From Auanema rhodensis (lineage: Eukaryota > Animalia > Nematoda), in the NCBI GenBank assembly GCA_964057225.1, contig OZ059895.1:14942001-15006000 (forward strand): a DNA stretch of 64,000 bases, read 5' to 3'. The notes under the pieces were generated by a model, which did no database searches, was not told the DNA's origin, and saw only the letters and a program-made list of their open reading frames with translations. A program made the position numbers and the translations under genes. Below, piece by piece: positions 26,538 to 40,603 of the stretch (position 1 is the stretch's first letter; every line of letters starts with the position of its first letter).

Positions 26538-28858
26538 TGGGAAAAAATAGAAAAATAATTAAAACTTAATAAGTTATCGAAAAGAACGATAATGAACAAA
26601 CATCATAACGATTAAAATGAAATGAAATGAAATTATTACAAAACAGTTTGCCAGTTGAGTTTCAGTGATTTCTCATGTTACATACTCGATCATAAACTCG
26701 TAACCAATAGTAAGTTGTCGAGAAACTTCATTCATGTTTATATGTGTGAATGACTAAAAAGAGGAGATCAACTGACTCTAGCTCATTAGATGCAGAACTA
26801 CAAAGGATTTTCGGTCAAAAAGGCTTTGAAAGATCGGTATAACTCATATTCTATGTGGGATAACAACATCATGAAACTTCTAAACAATTCACATCGTATG
26901 CAAAAGTTAAAGATTGCTTATGAAACACAAAGAGATAACAAAAGCGTTTTTCTTGCCAAGAAATAGTTTTTGCATATGATAAGGCTTGAAGCTTACGCGA
27001 TTACACCAACCAATCACAACAGACAATCATCGTAGCTTGTGCTCTTATCACAACAATTTAAGGAAAATCTTGGCATACACATAACAAACACGTAATGTCT
27101 CCGGAGAGTTTGACACCAGAAAACAAACCAAAATAAGTGTAAGTAGTTTATGTCCCGAGATATGTTGATGATCACATGTATAAAACGTGTAAAAAGGGGG
27201 AAAACGGAAAAAAGGCTATGCTGAAAAAGCGGAAGAAATTGAAGAAAAGAGAAGAACGATCGGAACGATCAGACTCCACCAAACAGAATGACTATTGATC
27301 CTTCCGGCCTCCAACAAACATATACACACTACATAACGAAGAGAGACAACAGAGAAACATTGCTATTCATCACGTTTCTTCTTCTTCAGCTTCTCACATC
27401 ACCTTAAGTTTGAACTGATTGTGCTTCGCAATAGAGGAAGATAACTCAAAGGACATTTGTTATGTTGCTTAGGCGGCGGCGACAAGACAACAAAGACGTA
27501 TAAACCCATCAAAGAAGCTTTATCCTTTTCCTTCTTCTTTAGAATAAATATACTACTGATATGATTGCGATATAAAGATAGTGTGACAGTTTAAGAACGA
27601 GCGAGTGAGAGACAGAGAGAGGGAGAGAGATAAAGAGAGTGAGGGAGAGAGAGATATATACAAGAAGACAGGTAGTTTCCTTCTTTATGGCAAGCTTCAT
27701 GAGTATGTACAATTGTTGAATATAAAAAACAGGTTATGCAGAATTTGAAGGCACAGTTTGATCGAAAAATTCATGTCGGAAAACCTGGGTGATGTGCCTG
27801 TTAAGCAAACTTAATTCACAGTTCCACCATCGATTTAAAGAGGGGGAAAAGAAAACACAATCATAACATCATGTCAAAAAACCAACAGCACTTAAGCACT
27901 GTCAGGAAGTAGTATGAAGGATTAGATTATTGAAGTCATCAAGTATAATTGGGGATGTCAATGGCAAAAAAATGGTATAAGGGTGAGAATAAACCGGTTA
28001 CTCTAATAGTTCAATCAATGCCCTTGTCATTTTCCTGTGATGTATAGATGAAAAATAAAAGAGTGGTGAACATATGAGAAGAAAAAGTTGAAGATTGGAG
28101 AGGTAAGAGATAGAGTTAGAGAAAAGAAATAATGCATCCGTCTTGTGCGTCCATAAGAAATATTCTCAATGGAAATAACTCAAGTGAATTTCACATATAA
28201 ATTGAAGGTTATAACTGAAAAGATATTCTACGAATAGGAAATACCAGAAGGTCAAGACCGTTACGCACGTAATGGCTTTGATAATATCAGCAGATTGGCC
28301 TGGACAACAAAAAACGGAGGAGAAAATTATAAAAATTGATTAGCTTCCTTACATGATAAGAGAAACGAAAAACAAACAAAGTGATCTAAAGAAGAGAAAG
28401 TATGTTAGGCAAAGTAGTTGAGCAGAATAAGATACCAACAATGAGAATGTGACCGCAAACTCGGATACAAGCATAGGTTGTTTATTTTGAAAATTTTTAT
28501 TCTAAAACGTACTTCATAAAATCAAATTTAATGCTACCAATCGAGATTTTGATACTTAATGGCTGTAATAAAACAATATGAATTGCTAATAAAGTGAAAA
28601 ATGCTGCAAACAATAAATATTAATACATGGTTCTTACAAACTACGAGGTGACAATTACTTTATAATAGCTCACCTAGCCTTCTCATCTCTTACTATAACA
28701 GTAAACAACATATACACTATCATAGTTTTACACTTGAAATCCGGTTTAGTCTCAGTTTGATGAGAAAAAATTACTTATAATAGCTGTAGCTATCGAAATT
28801 TTAAATTGCATGAAAGCTATTTCATGATAATGACATACAACGTGTACGAATAGTATGT

Positions 28859-31800
28859 CTACTCTGCTCTAGCATGTTTAGCATTTTGACTTTCCCACAT
28901 ATGATAATATACACCTTTAGCTGCTAGAAGTGTTTTGTGGCTGGAAACACAAGGAATAATATATGTTCGAGTTAAGCTGTAACTTACTTTCCACTTTCTA
29001 CAACATGTCCTTTCTCTAATACGAGAATACAATGGGCATTCACGATTGTACTCAAACGATGAGCTACAACTACACCCGTTCTTGTGGTACATAGCTCTTC
29101 TAGACACTTCTGAATTGCTCTTTCAGTATTAGTGTCTAAAGCTGATGTTGCCTGAAACGATTTTGATAATAATTAATTTTTCAAGAAATAGATTACTTCG
29201 TCTAAGAAAATAAATTGAGGTTGTTTAAGAATAGTTCTGGCGATGGCAACACGTTGCTTCTCTCCACCAGACAACTTCAATCCACGTTCACCGACCATAG
29301 TATTGTACCCTGGTAAAGATAAGAAGAATGCTAAGTTGATCTATTGACCAATATACCTTCAGGTAGTGATATAATCTTGTCATGAATCATGGCCGCTTTG
29401 GCAGCAGACATTACTTCTTCATCTGATGCACTGGGATTTCCAAAACGAATGTTATACCTGACATGAGAAAATAAATAAAAAACAGGTGTCACTAATGTAA
29501 AACATACATGATTGTGTCATTAAATAGAACAGTGTCCTGTGGAACAATTCCAATAGTTTTTCTAAGTGATTTCAATTTGATATCCTTGATATTATGACCA
29601 TCAAATGATATACTTCCATCATTTGATTCAAATAATCGGAAGAGTAAACGAATAATAGTACTCTTTCCACTTCCGGATGCTCCAACCTTGAATCAAAATA
29701 TAATGAGTCTAGGTGCTCAAAATAAAGTTTGTTACCAATGCAATAGTTTGTCCACTCGAAACTTCAAAGGAAATATTATCAAGAACAACATTGTTCTCAT
29801 TATAAGAGAAAGACAAGTTCTTCACGCTAATGGTTCCGTTCTCTGGTTTGTAGTCAATAGCTCCTACAGTGTCTTGGACCTCCACATCTTCATTCATTAA
29901 ATCGAACATATTCTCCATATCAATAAAGGATTTTTGAATAGTTCTATAGAAATATAATCATGCCAAACGATTGAAACGAATGATATACTCACCTGTATAC
30001 AGTTCCGAAAAAGTTCAATGGAGAGTAAAGTTGCAAAATATAAGTAGAGAATAAGACATAATCTCCAACCTGAAACAAAAAAACAAAAACTAGGAACATC
30101 TATAGGCATTCTTACGGTTAAGTTATTATCGACAGTAATCAAGTAAGCAACTAATAGAGATCCAGCCAATAATCCAGCTCCAATAATTCCATTTTGGCAA
30201 AAATTGAGGAACGCTAAAGATGCTGCTGCTCTCCATTCAGCGATTTGGAAACTTGAAATCAAAATTAATTATATATACAATTACAAATTAGAGAAACCTT
30301 TCAATCGATTGCTTGAAGCGGTGTACTTCGTAGTCTTCGTTTCCATAATATTTAACAGTTTCATAATTCAGAAGTGAATCAGTTCCTACGATGATAAATA
30401 TATTACTGTGAGCAAAATAGACCAAAAATCCCTACCAATGGCACTGCTGGCATTTTCTTTCTCATTCATCTCTCTTCTAAATTGAGTTCTCCATTCGGTT
30501 ACGTAGATGGTTACAACTGCAAAATAAGAATTTCACTTGACTCTTCTTCATATGCTTTGATAAAGGACTTACCCAAATATAGTACCATCGTTACGAACAC
30601 AATTAATCCGAAATAGCTGTTAAAAGTGGAAAAGAAGAATACTACAGCAATACCAATATCAGCAATGGTTGGCACGATGTTGAACAGTACATAGCTGTAA
30701 AGTAAAATATTTCAATGAGCTTTTAGAAAACAGAAATATAATGAAATAATCCGTAACAATATACAATGAAATTCTGACGATGATAAAAAACGATTACGGT
30801 AGCGTAATTTAAAAATTATGCTAATTAGATTAAAATGATAGCATGTTCATTTTTAAAGTTAGCAAACTCGCAAACGGTTGCATTTGTATTTCATTCGCTA
30901 TTCTCCCAAAAAAATTTGAAATTTTTGAATAAGTTTTTAAATGCAGTATACTAACTTCAAAATACTATTAACTGATCCAGTTCCTCTGTCCATAACTCTC
31001 AAAACTAAACCAGTTTTTCTTGACAAATGCCATCTTAAGGAAAGAGAGTGGAGATGCGCAAACAGCTCGACCTAATCACTTCTTTAACAGATCTTTCTAA
31101 GTTATTATAGGAACCTCTAATTCTTTGGTAGTATATTGCTGAATAGGGGTCCATAAGTACGTTCTTACAGTATTCAAAAATCCTCCCATGGCACCTCCAT
31201 TTCCTTGTAAAAACTTTAAAAATGTAGAAATATAAATTAGTGAAAACTGGAAATTGTCAGGATGTGCCAAACCATCAACTAGAAAACGAGAGCATAAAAT
31301 TCAGACTATAACATCTGTACCGACCGATCCATTTACTATACAATGGCAAAACCACGTTGATAAGACGTCCGATAAGCAGCAAAAACAGACAGAAAACTAC
31401 ACGAAGCTGGAGTGGAACGGATTTTCTAGGCCATATATAAGGAAGAATCAGTGAAACTTTTCGTGAAAAACCATTCCAAGTCTAAAACTCGAATCATTTC
31501 AAATAATTAAAGTAGAGGTAAGATATACAGAATCTGGGTTTGATTTAAACAAAAATGAGCACATTGTAGTGAAAAAGAGCAGTGCAATCAAGCAAGATTC
31601 CACGATATAAAAAGTCAGTTCACCATGCTTAAAGAATCTGAAAACAAATTTTGATTAAGAGAGAAAAAGCTAAGTTATGGTTTCTGACTTGGCGGCAGAA
31701 AATGCGCTCCAAGCTGACAGAGGTATCATCTGCATTAGACAAACTCCAGAGTAGGAAAGAGCTAGAGCCAGATGGAGATGTGGTTCCTTCCGATACTTGA

Positions 31801-32207
31801 CATACACAGCAAAAGCCGTAATCCAGAAGGCCTATTCATAGTTCAATTGACTATATGGATATGGGAAGTAAGCTCACCTCTTTAGCTGCTAGTAATGCTA
31901 TCAAAACATAGGTACATTTATGAACATAAAAAGCATAGAAGATGTAGGAAATAGTCAGAGCAATGAGAAGAACTTTAGTTAATGCTGCGGTATAAAAGGA
32001 GGCAGGAAAGCCACCTGAGAAGAAAAAAAATAATCAAAAGGGACGACTTCTGAACGAACCAAGTCTTCTATATGTAGAAGTATACGGAAGGAAGATGATA
32101 ATTCCATTGACCACACCGACTAGGCCATAGAACAAAAATTCTAAAACTTGAGCACACTGTGGTTCCAATGGCCACCCTCTTTTACAGGATTCCAAGACAG
32201 GATCCAT
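28859..32207 (-). CDS. hmt-1: ABCB6-type half ABC transporter HMT-1 (heavy-metal tolerance), multi-exon
   Basis: [30 protein letters not shown], Walker [55 protein letters not shown] directly follows ttttag. Confidence 0.93.
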
Positions 32208-32507
32208 CTAAAATCACATTCAAACCAAAAGCATTCAATAGATTTTAAGAAAATGAATGCCACAGTATGCTCAAACAAATGAGATAATTAGAAAAAAATA
32301 AATTTTTCATCACATGAATAATAACAACATAACAATAAGGGTCAAAATGTCAAATAAAACTCAACAAAATAACAAAAATCTTTTACACGATAACGTTGAA
32401 AATTCAACATGTTATAACGTATAGAAGCTATATTCTGATGATAAGACCAGATAACAAATTGATAAACTATGAAACTGATATTACGAAAGGTGTGGGGCAT
32501 AAATTCA

Positions 32508-34020
32508 TCACCTAATCCAAGCAGTAGCTTTATGAATCCTTTCACATTTCCGTAAACTAGCTGCTTTCTTCACACCATTCCATGCTGAATTAATTTTTCG
32601 ATTGAAATCATCAACTATGAATGAATTTGGCTGATTTTCAACAGTACGCCCAATCTAAAAACGAAAAGATTAAGTATCAACAAGAAGTAAAACTAACTGA
32701 TTCCAGAATGGAGATAGTGAGAGCCAAAAAAGCTCCACCTTTATCTTCAATGATAACTGTTGCTAAAACAAAAAGAGTAATAAAGTAGGGCAACAGTGGT
32801 AGCTTGCCTATAATGGGTGCAAGTACTGTGCTGAGTGATAAAATAGATTCTGGTAATTCAAATGGAGAAGCATTAGCAGTGATGGAAGTACTTACAACGG
32901 GGAAATCGAATGGATTACCCTGAAACATGACGGTTAGTTTATATTAAATACGGATAGTTAATTTACGCTTTTGAAAATGCTGGTCAGGCTCAATTCGGGC
33001 TCAACAGTTTCCTTTTCATACGAAAGCTTTACATCCTGTATAGCAATATCGTTTCCTAAGTTACTGCAATCGAAAACCTGGAAGCGATATTCATATAAAC
33101 ACAGAAAAGATTATAAAAAAACCTTAATGAATATTTGAATTGTTTCTAAAAACTTTGGTGAATTCCATGACGGTTTTCTTGGACTGGCAAGAAATTTTAC
33201 AAATCTTCATGAAGAATAAATAAACAGAGAAGAAAAGAGTAAAAGAAACTAACGATTGAAAAAGATCCATACTACTTCTACTAAGTTTTGGATAGGATGA
33301 CATAAGTGTGGATAGAACAGACAGAGCTACTACGCGAATACTGAATCAGAGATGTAGGCAAAATGATGATATATGGAGAAGCCATACCTCATTTCCATGT
33401 GCGTAAGCGCACGTAGAATGTGTGCAACAAAAAGAGTGAAATGAGCACTCATGGCATGAGAGGGTGCTGTGCAAACAACAACCAGCAATGCTTTCAAATG
33501 AGAAGAAAGTTGTGGATCATTTATCTAAATAAATTTAAAAACATGATGAGAAACAGAAAATTTACGAATTACCTCACTAAGTAAACGAGCAACAGAAGGA
33601 ATTAGAGTTCTTAGATGAGAAGCTATCAAATCTGGTCGAGATGTTAGAAGTTGCTTGGTGCCCACCAAAGCCTCTTTCCGAATACTCTAAACATTGCGAA
33701 ATGGACAAATTGCGAAATACTACTGAGAGATATACTATCATACCTTGTTGAAATGTCCTAATTGCTTACATAGTTCGTCTAAGGAATGGCCTCTATATGA
33801 CAATGGCACGTCAGCAGTTTCATGTTTCTCATCAAATTGTGATGTCAGTACTAATTTTTTGCCTGGAAAGATACGTCATGAATAAAACTGGACTGAAGCG
33901 TATTAACAAACTCTGAATTGTCGTATCAGTGGTGGCAGTTTTTTTCAATTTTTTTCCAACTTTTAGCTTAACTTTTTGAAAGTCAGCTATTTTCTTTTGT
34001 TTTTGCTTTTTGGTAACCAT
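32508..34020 (-). CDS. TEX10/Ipi1-like pre-rRNA processing (Rix1 complex) protein, multi-exon
   Basis: N-terminus MVTKKQKQKKIADFQKVKLKVGKKLKK...TDT followed by LDELCKQLGHFNKSIRKEALVG, the characteristic Ipi1_N region. Confidence 0.85.
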
Positions 34021-34526
34021 CTGAAAAATCATATTTTCAAAATTAAATTCATGCCCATGATATGAAAAAGAATATATAGAATGAAAGCAACCATTATAGC
34101 AAATATAGAAAGTAAGAATGATGTTTCACGTAAAACTTCACGTAAATTATTGAAAAAAGACAATTATATTTCATTTAGCTCTTTGAAAAGAGCGGTCGTG
34201 CTTTAATAGGGAGTTACATCTTAAACAATTAAATAAGGGTAGCAGTAGAATATTGGCAGAATAAGAGATATTGTATTGAACTCTCATATAAAACCCTCAG
34301 GTATTTAATATGTGCCTTTTATAATTTTATATTATTATATTCTATCTAATCATCAACTTTAACTTAATTAGTATATGAAGAAAATATATTTATGTGAGCT
34401 TGAAAATAGGTACGCATAAACTTTGGTTAGCGCGAAGACAAAATTATTATTAGTAGCAAGGGGACAGACAAGAATATTATTTTAACTTCTCAGAAAGTAA
34501 CAACATTTTCTTAATGAATTTTCTCA
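34021..34526. promoter_or_regulatory. Probable bidirectional promoter between TEX10-like (-) and helq-1 (+)
   Basis: Head-to-head starts ~500 bp apart; contains paired ttcacgta motifs at 34125-34144. Confidence 0.5.
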
Positions 34527-37500
34527 ATGGATGATTCTTTTGATCTTGTCGCTCCTCTTCAAATAAAATCGGACAATAATAGAAGGAAATCAGGTAAAAA
34601 TCGAGATAGTTCTTAAATGTAAAACACCTTTTGTCTTAAGATATACTACATCTAACTCCTAGAGGCAAAAATAAATATAAAAATCCGGTTATTGAATGTA
34701 ATTGAAATAGTTGCGAACGTGCAAAATCCTACTTTTCTTTTCAGTTAGTCAGAGTCAGGGAGAGGAGTGTTCATCACGCAAAAGAAAATTAGATAAAATT
34801 GTTACGCCAAAAATAAAGAAAACTACAGATAGTCCAAAGCCAAAGGTAAGACGGCAAAATTGAATACTTTTCTCAAAAACAATGGTTGAAAATGCAATAT
34901 AGCTTTAATGGCAACAATCTAAGTCTTAAGAATGAAAGAAAACACTTTGAGTTGACTTATGAAGATGTGAAAATCTGCAAAACTAATTCTGAACAAATAT
35001 ATTTGATCAAAAAATATCTTGATAGGATGGTAAACTAAATAAGAAAAAGTTTAATTTTTGTGGAATTGCTGAAAGTGTTCAGACTTCATACCGTACAAGA
35101 AAGAAGATAACACAACTTTACGGTAAATGATGCCGGAAGTGCATTTCATAATTTCTGTTACATGTAGAATGGCAAGAAGACTGTTTATCTGATAATAGAC
35201 TCCTAAGAGGGCAGAATCTAATTGTTTCCCTCCCGACCGGAGCAGGAAAGACATTAGTGGCTGAGGTAATTCAATCCTAAATATATTTCTAGTGATTCTT
35301 GAATTTTATAAGATTTTGATGCTGCGTGAAGCAACGGTGAAGAGAAAATCTTCTATTCTAATTTTACCGTATGTGGCTATCGTTCAAGAGAAAATCAGCT
35401 CGTTACATTTTTTTGAGGAAGATTTCAAGGTTCATATAGAAGAGTATGCTTCTTCCAAGGGTATTTATATCATATAGAATTAAATTTAAAAACAAATTTC
35501 ACATTTCTAGGACGTATACCACCCATAAAACGAAGAAATGGTGTTTCTATTTATATTGCTACCATTGAAAAAGCAAATATGCTGATGAATTCCCTTATTG
35601 AAAAAAATCAACTAGACAAAATCGGATTAGTCGTAGTTGATGAAGTAAGCTATAAAAAATAATTTAATATTTTGGTTTAATTTTCAGCTGCATATGTTAG
35701 GCGATGGTAGACGAGGAGCCCTTCTGGAACAGATGCTTTCCAAATACTTGAAAGAAGGTAATAATTAACTGAATCTAATAAAAATATGATCAAGTTGTTA
35801 AGGAATTGGTCAAATTGTTGGAATGTCAGCTACTCTCTCTAATATGCCTCAATTATCTCAATTTTTAAGAGCTTACGTGTATACAACTGAATTTCGCCCG
35901 GTTTGTGAGAGAATTTTGAATAAGTTAAATCATATTTTAAGGTTAAATTGAACGAGTTTATGAAGTTGAATAGTACGTTGTATAGGGTAATGCCAGGGGG
36001 TCGTACTGTTGTCGAGAAAACATTTGCACCGTATGTATGTTAAGCTTCGTCGTTAGAATATGTGCATTTTAATATGACTTTTAGAAGTTAGAGAAGAAAG
36101 ACCCTGATGGAATTACTCAAATCTTGCAAAGACTTGTCCCGCACAAGTCTGCTCTGATTTTTTGTCCGACGAAAAAGAATTGTGAGAATGCAGCTTACAT
36201 GATAGCCAAAATTTTCCCAAAGTGATATTTTGATAATATCACATGCCATAATTGGATGTCTTTCAGATCTGTTCGTGATCATAGGTTAGATGAAAAGAAA
36301 CAGCTTGTTGAAGCTATCAAGAGCGATAACGAAGGAAAAGTATGATACAGCTACCTTTCTCATTTATTTATGGTCATATATAGATAGATGAAGTTATGGA
36401 AAATTGCTTGTTGGCTGGAATAGGTTTTCATCATTCAGGGTTAACGCACGAGGAGAGAAAACATATTGAAGCAGCGTATTGCGTAAGTGATGTATCTCTG
36501 TTTCTCTGGTAATGTTCTGAAAATTAGGACGGTGTTATCTGCGTGATATGTGCAACATCTACGTTAGCGGCGGGAGTAAATTTACCAGCAAGAGTTGTTA
36601 TTATAAAGGTTTGATCGTATCATTTGATCAAGATATATAATATAAGTGCAGTCACCTTATGTTGGACAAGAATTTATCAAAAAATCTCAATATCTTCAAA
36701 TGATTGGAAGATCCGGTCGTGCTGGATTTGATGACGAAGGTGACAGTATAACCATTGTAAAACCGGGAAATGATGAACGAAAAGTAAGCTCTATCATTGA
36801 TATTAAGTCGTATAGCTCGAACGTTTCAGTTCCGTGATCTTCTACTAAGTAGCATTCCTTGCTGCAACAGTCCTTTAGCTGATGTATCCCTTTTGTCTGC
36901 CTTTGTTCTAGATATTATCACCTTGAAGGTTGAAATACTGTGATTCTTTTCTTAATATTTTCTTAGATGGCGAATTCAAGAGAAAGTTTAGCTGAAGTCA
37001 TCAACAATACCTTATTGTGGGTTCAAAAAGGGGAAGTGGAATGCAACGATTTAGTATATGAAGCTGTGGAATTATTGGTCAAACAGAACCTAATAAGTAT
37101 AACAGAAGAGGTGTTCGATGTGGTATAGTAACTGAAATTAACTGCTATGTCTTTAGAACCTCATACAACCAACTTCTCTTGGCTTGTCCGCTTATCGAGC
37201 AAACTTCCAACCAGAAGAAGTTGGTCAACTTGTAGGATATTTGAGTGACACCTTGGACAAGGTACACATCAATTCACTTATTCAGCGTCATTTATTTTTC
37301 TGCAGGGTGTTGTCTTTTCTTCATGTTTCCATCTGTTGTATGTTATTTCTCCATATGACGTTGAATGTGCTATAGACTGGGATCTCTTTTATCGAGAGGT
37401 TTCTTTTATATATTTACTAATATTTTTAATACTACAAACATTCCAGTATAAGGCTTTATCTAGTTCTGAGAAAGATCTTTTGGCTTCATCAGGCCTTCCT

Positions 37501-38219
37501 GAGCATACAATACTGATGAGAATTCAAAGAAAAGAGAAAATGGTGATTTCTCTATTTGTAAAAGCCTAATTTAGCTCATTTCAGAAAGCTGGTGAACCTT
37601 CAATGAGATTATACATCGGCTTAATGCTCCAGAAGATTTGGCTTCAGGTTCCTGCCTGGGAAGTAGCGAAAATTTTCGGTGTTGACAGAGGCTGGCTAAG
37701 TAACACGCTTCAAAGTTCAATTTGTCAGGCCGCAGCTATTTCAAGATTTTCAGAAGTAAGTCTACATCGGACATAACTTTATATTTTTCGTATTTCAAGG
37801 ATCAGAAACCATTGTGGCCCCTTAAATTTTTACTCCCTGAGCTCGTGAAAAAACTATCCGATTGTACTAAAGTAGAACTTGTTCCGTTGTTATCAATTAA
37901 TGGAATAAAACGAGCAAGAGCACAACATCTTTATTCAGCAGGCTTTAAAACAGTTAAAGATGTAATGTGATATGCTGAAAGAAAAGAGACTTATTGACCC
38001 GTTTAGGTAGCCAACATGGATTATGCACAGCTATCCTCAGCTTTAGGAATTTTCTTACGTAAACATGATGCACAGAAAATAATAAATAGTGCAAAGGTGA
38101 TTTGTCAAATTATAAAAGCAAATGTAGTTTCCTAATTTTAGGCTCTTCTCCGTGATCACATAGACGAAAAGTTTGAGGAATTGGAAGAATACGGTATAAC
38201 ATCTGAAGATGTAAAATGA
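34527..38219 (+). CDS. helq-1: HELQ/HEL308 Ski2-like DNA helicase, multi-exon
   Basis: [78 protein letters not shown]. No polymerase domain follows. The start is approximate. Confidence 0.92.
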
Positions 38220-38319
38220 TATTTTTTCTCGGATTGTCGTATTAGCTTACAATTAGAATTATACTCATTGTATTTACCACAATTTTTATATTCTCTATGT
38301 ATAATTTATGGTTGTATGT

Positions 38320-38578
38320 TTACTTGTCAGCCAGTTCAGGGTTCATGGCTTCCATAATTTGATCAAGTTTTTCTTCTAATATGGGTACAATTTCTTTGTC
38401 AATGAATAGATGGGTTTCATCTAACTCCTGTAATAATCTGCTATAACTTATTTCTATATCTTTTGTTAACCTTGATAATAAATTTACTTCCCAAAGTTCT
38501 TGATTCGTCTAAATGAATAAGAAGTTGCCGCATGGCCGGATCACAAGTAACTAAAAGGCCTTTCTTTACATTAACCAT
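38320..38578 (-). CDS. gtf-2H5: TFIIH subunit p8/TTDA (Tfb5), two exons
   Basis: [36 protein letters not shown]|[35 protein letters not shown]. Confidence 0.95.
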
Positions 38579-38731
38579 TTCCTGAATAGGATGACAATAA
38601 TAATAATAAACACAGTGACAAAAATTGGAAATAAAGAACCAAACAAGGTATGAAATCACACAAAGTACAGTACAATATCAGAGATTTATGTAATAACAAG
38701 TAACAACTAAAGCCTATTAACAAAAAATATT

Positions 38732-39948
38732 TTAGATGCTATACTTCTTTGAACGAGATCTCAAATGCTCATAATATTCCTCCATTTTATCCCATCCTGT
38801 CATAGGTTTGAATCGTCCCTTAAAGCCTGGAGCTGGTCCCTGAAAACTTGATGATTCAAGAGGGATATCAACTCAGATATGCATACCTCTTCTAAGCGAA
38901 CAAAAATATGAATATATCTATATCGAATGGTATTCCAATTTTCATGAGCATGTCTTCTAGCTCCTTTTATAATGTTACTTTGTACCGGGAAGGCATCAGC
39001 CACATACATTTCTCCGGGGAATTCAATGTGAAATTCATTTGTGGCTCTTTCTTTAGCTTCAATTAGAAGCTCACGTAGGATAGATGAACCCTGAATATTA
39101 TATCATTTAGAATAGCCCTCTCTAAGGTGTCATCTTTACTTTCATTTGTTGGAACTCTAATTGAACAATAGCTTCATCAACATTCATTTTCCAAGCAAAT
39201 TGACATGCTTGCCACATTCTCTTTGGGGAGAAGTGTACCTGAAAAGAAAAGCATAACAAATCTATATAAATAAACAAAATTCTTATTAAGCCCATTTTGT
39301 ACTTGTTGTTGTGATAGTTTGAAATAATTTTATATTATAAACTATGAAGCAGAAAGCAACCGTTCCATAACAATTCGACTTCAAATGAAAACTTCACGTA
39401 TACGTCAAATGCAAAATGATTATTCTAATTTTCAAGAGTCATGTTGTTTATAGAAATTATAAAACTTAAAACCACTTACAGATTCTCTGCAATGATATAC
39501 TTCTTTCTTCTTTGGTAAATTAGTTTCAGGGACGACATAGTTTCTTGGCCAAACTACTTTGTTATAGTATTCCCATTTTTCAGGGGTCATTCCATATCCT
39601 TTCAAAGGATCGGGAAAATCATCATCTTTGTTAGCTTTTCTATCCAAGTCCCATTCTGGCGCATAATAAACCTGAAGAGTCAAAAGGAAATGTATAATTT
39701 CCGTTATTTCACGAAAAAACAAAACCTTTGGGGCCAGTGTTTCCTCGGATTGTAGTTTTGGCTTTCTCAAGTTCACCCGACGATCCCACTCCTAGAAGTT
39801 AGCGGTCCCCGATAGAAAAATAATAAAATTATGAAACCTTTTCCGCTGAAGATTTAGAAAAACTTGCTGCTCTATATGCGGCTCTACTAGCTGCAGCTTC
39901 ACTATGGGCTAAACGAACACAGGAGGTCCATAACCGCATCATCTTCAT
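38732..39948 (-). CDS. mrpl-22: Mitochondrial ribosomal protein uL22m, multi-exon
   Basis: WEYYNKVVWP, VYHCRESVHFSPKRMWQACQFAWKMNVDEAIVQL, IIKGARRHAHENWNTIRYRYIHIFVRLEEG. Confidence 0.92.
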
Positions 39949-40603
39949 CTTGAAGACTTTTGTTACACATAGATTTTTTGAAAACTTTTATACTCCTGAT
40001 ATCTATTAAGGTGAGAACCTTCTACTTCTTTATAAATTAATAAAATATACAACCCGTTTATTTGGAATAATTAAATCATAATTACACATTATACATATTG
40101 AACAAAAATAGCGGAATTTGTAAGAATATTTGAAAAATCATAGTTTCTCCTAATTTTCAGGCAGATTGGGGTTGAACTTCAGAAGAGAAATTACTTTACA
40201 GAAAAAAAGCAAGTCAATTCCATTCAGCTCTTTCAAAACTGATCATGCCTAAAAAATTTAATTAAGACGATTCAAAATCTAAAAAAAAACATGCATTGCA
40301 GTCCCCATCCACCACTTTAGAAAGGTTCTGTTGTAAAAAAACAGAGTTCACATCTAGCATTCTATAGTCCATTCTTCTTTGAAAAAAGGCTGAAAAGAAA
40401 AGGACTTTTAGTTTATTAATTCGTACACATATAACAAACCTTGAAAAGAAGTTGGAACGTTAGTTATGCTATCCAAATAGAGTTAGAGCAAAAAATTAGA
40501 AAAATCATGTAAATACATGATAATTTAGTTAAAGAATTAGAAAAAATGACTAGAATGTAGTAAAACGTGAAAATACATATTGGCAAGTTATTGCGTACGT
40601 AAT

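Noticed and set aside
24009-26599. Short ORFs with SLSL/ERER runs
   Set aside because: Translations of (GA)n microsatellites and AT-rich noncoding DNA.
40140-40460. Possible small gene or snoRNA between rabx-5 and mrpl-22
   Set aside because: Splice-like signals exist, but no consistent ORF or convincing C/D or H/ACA boxes could be built.
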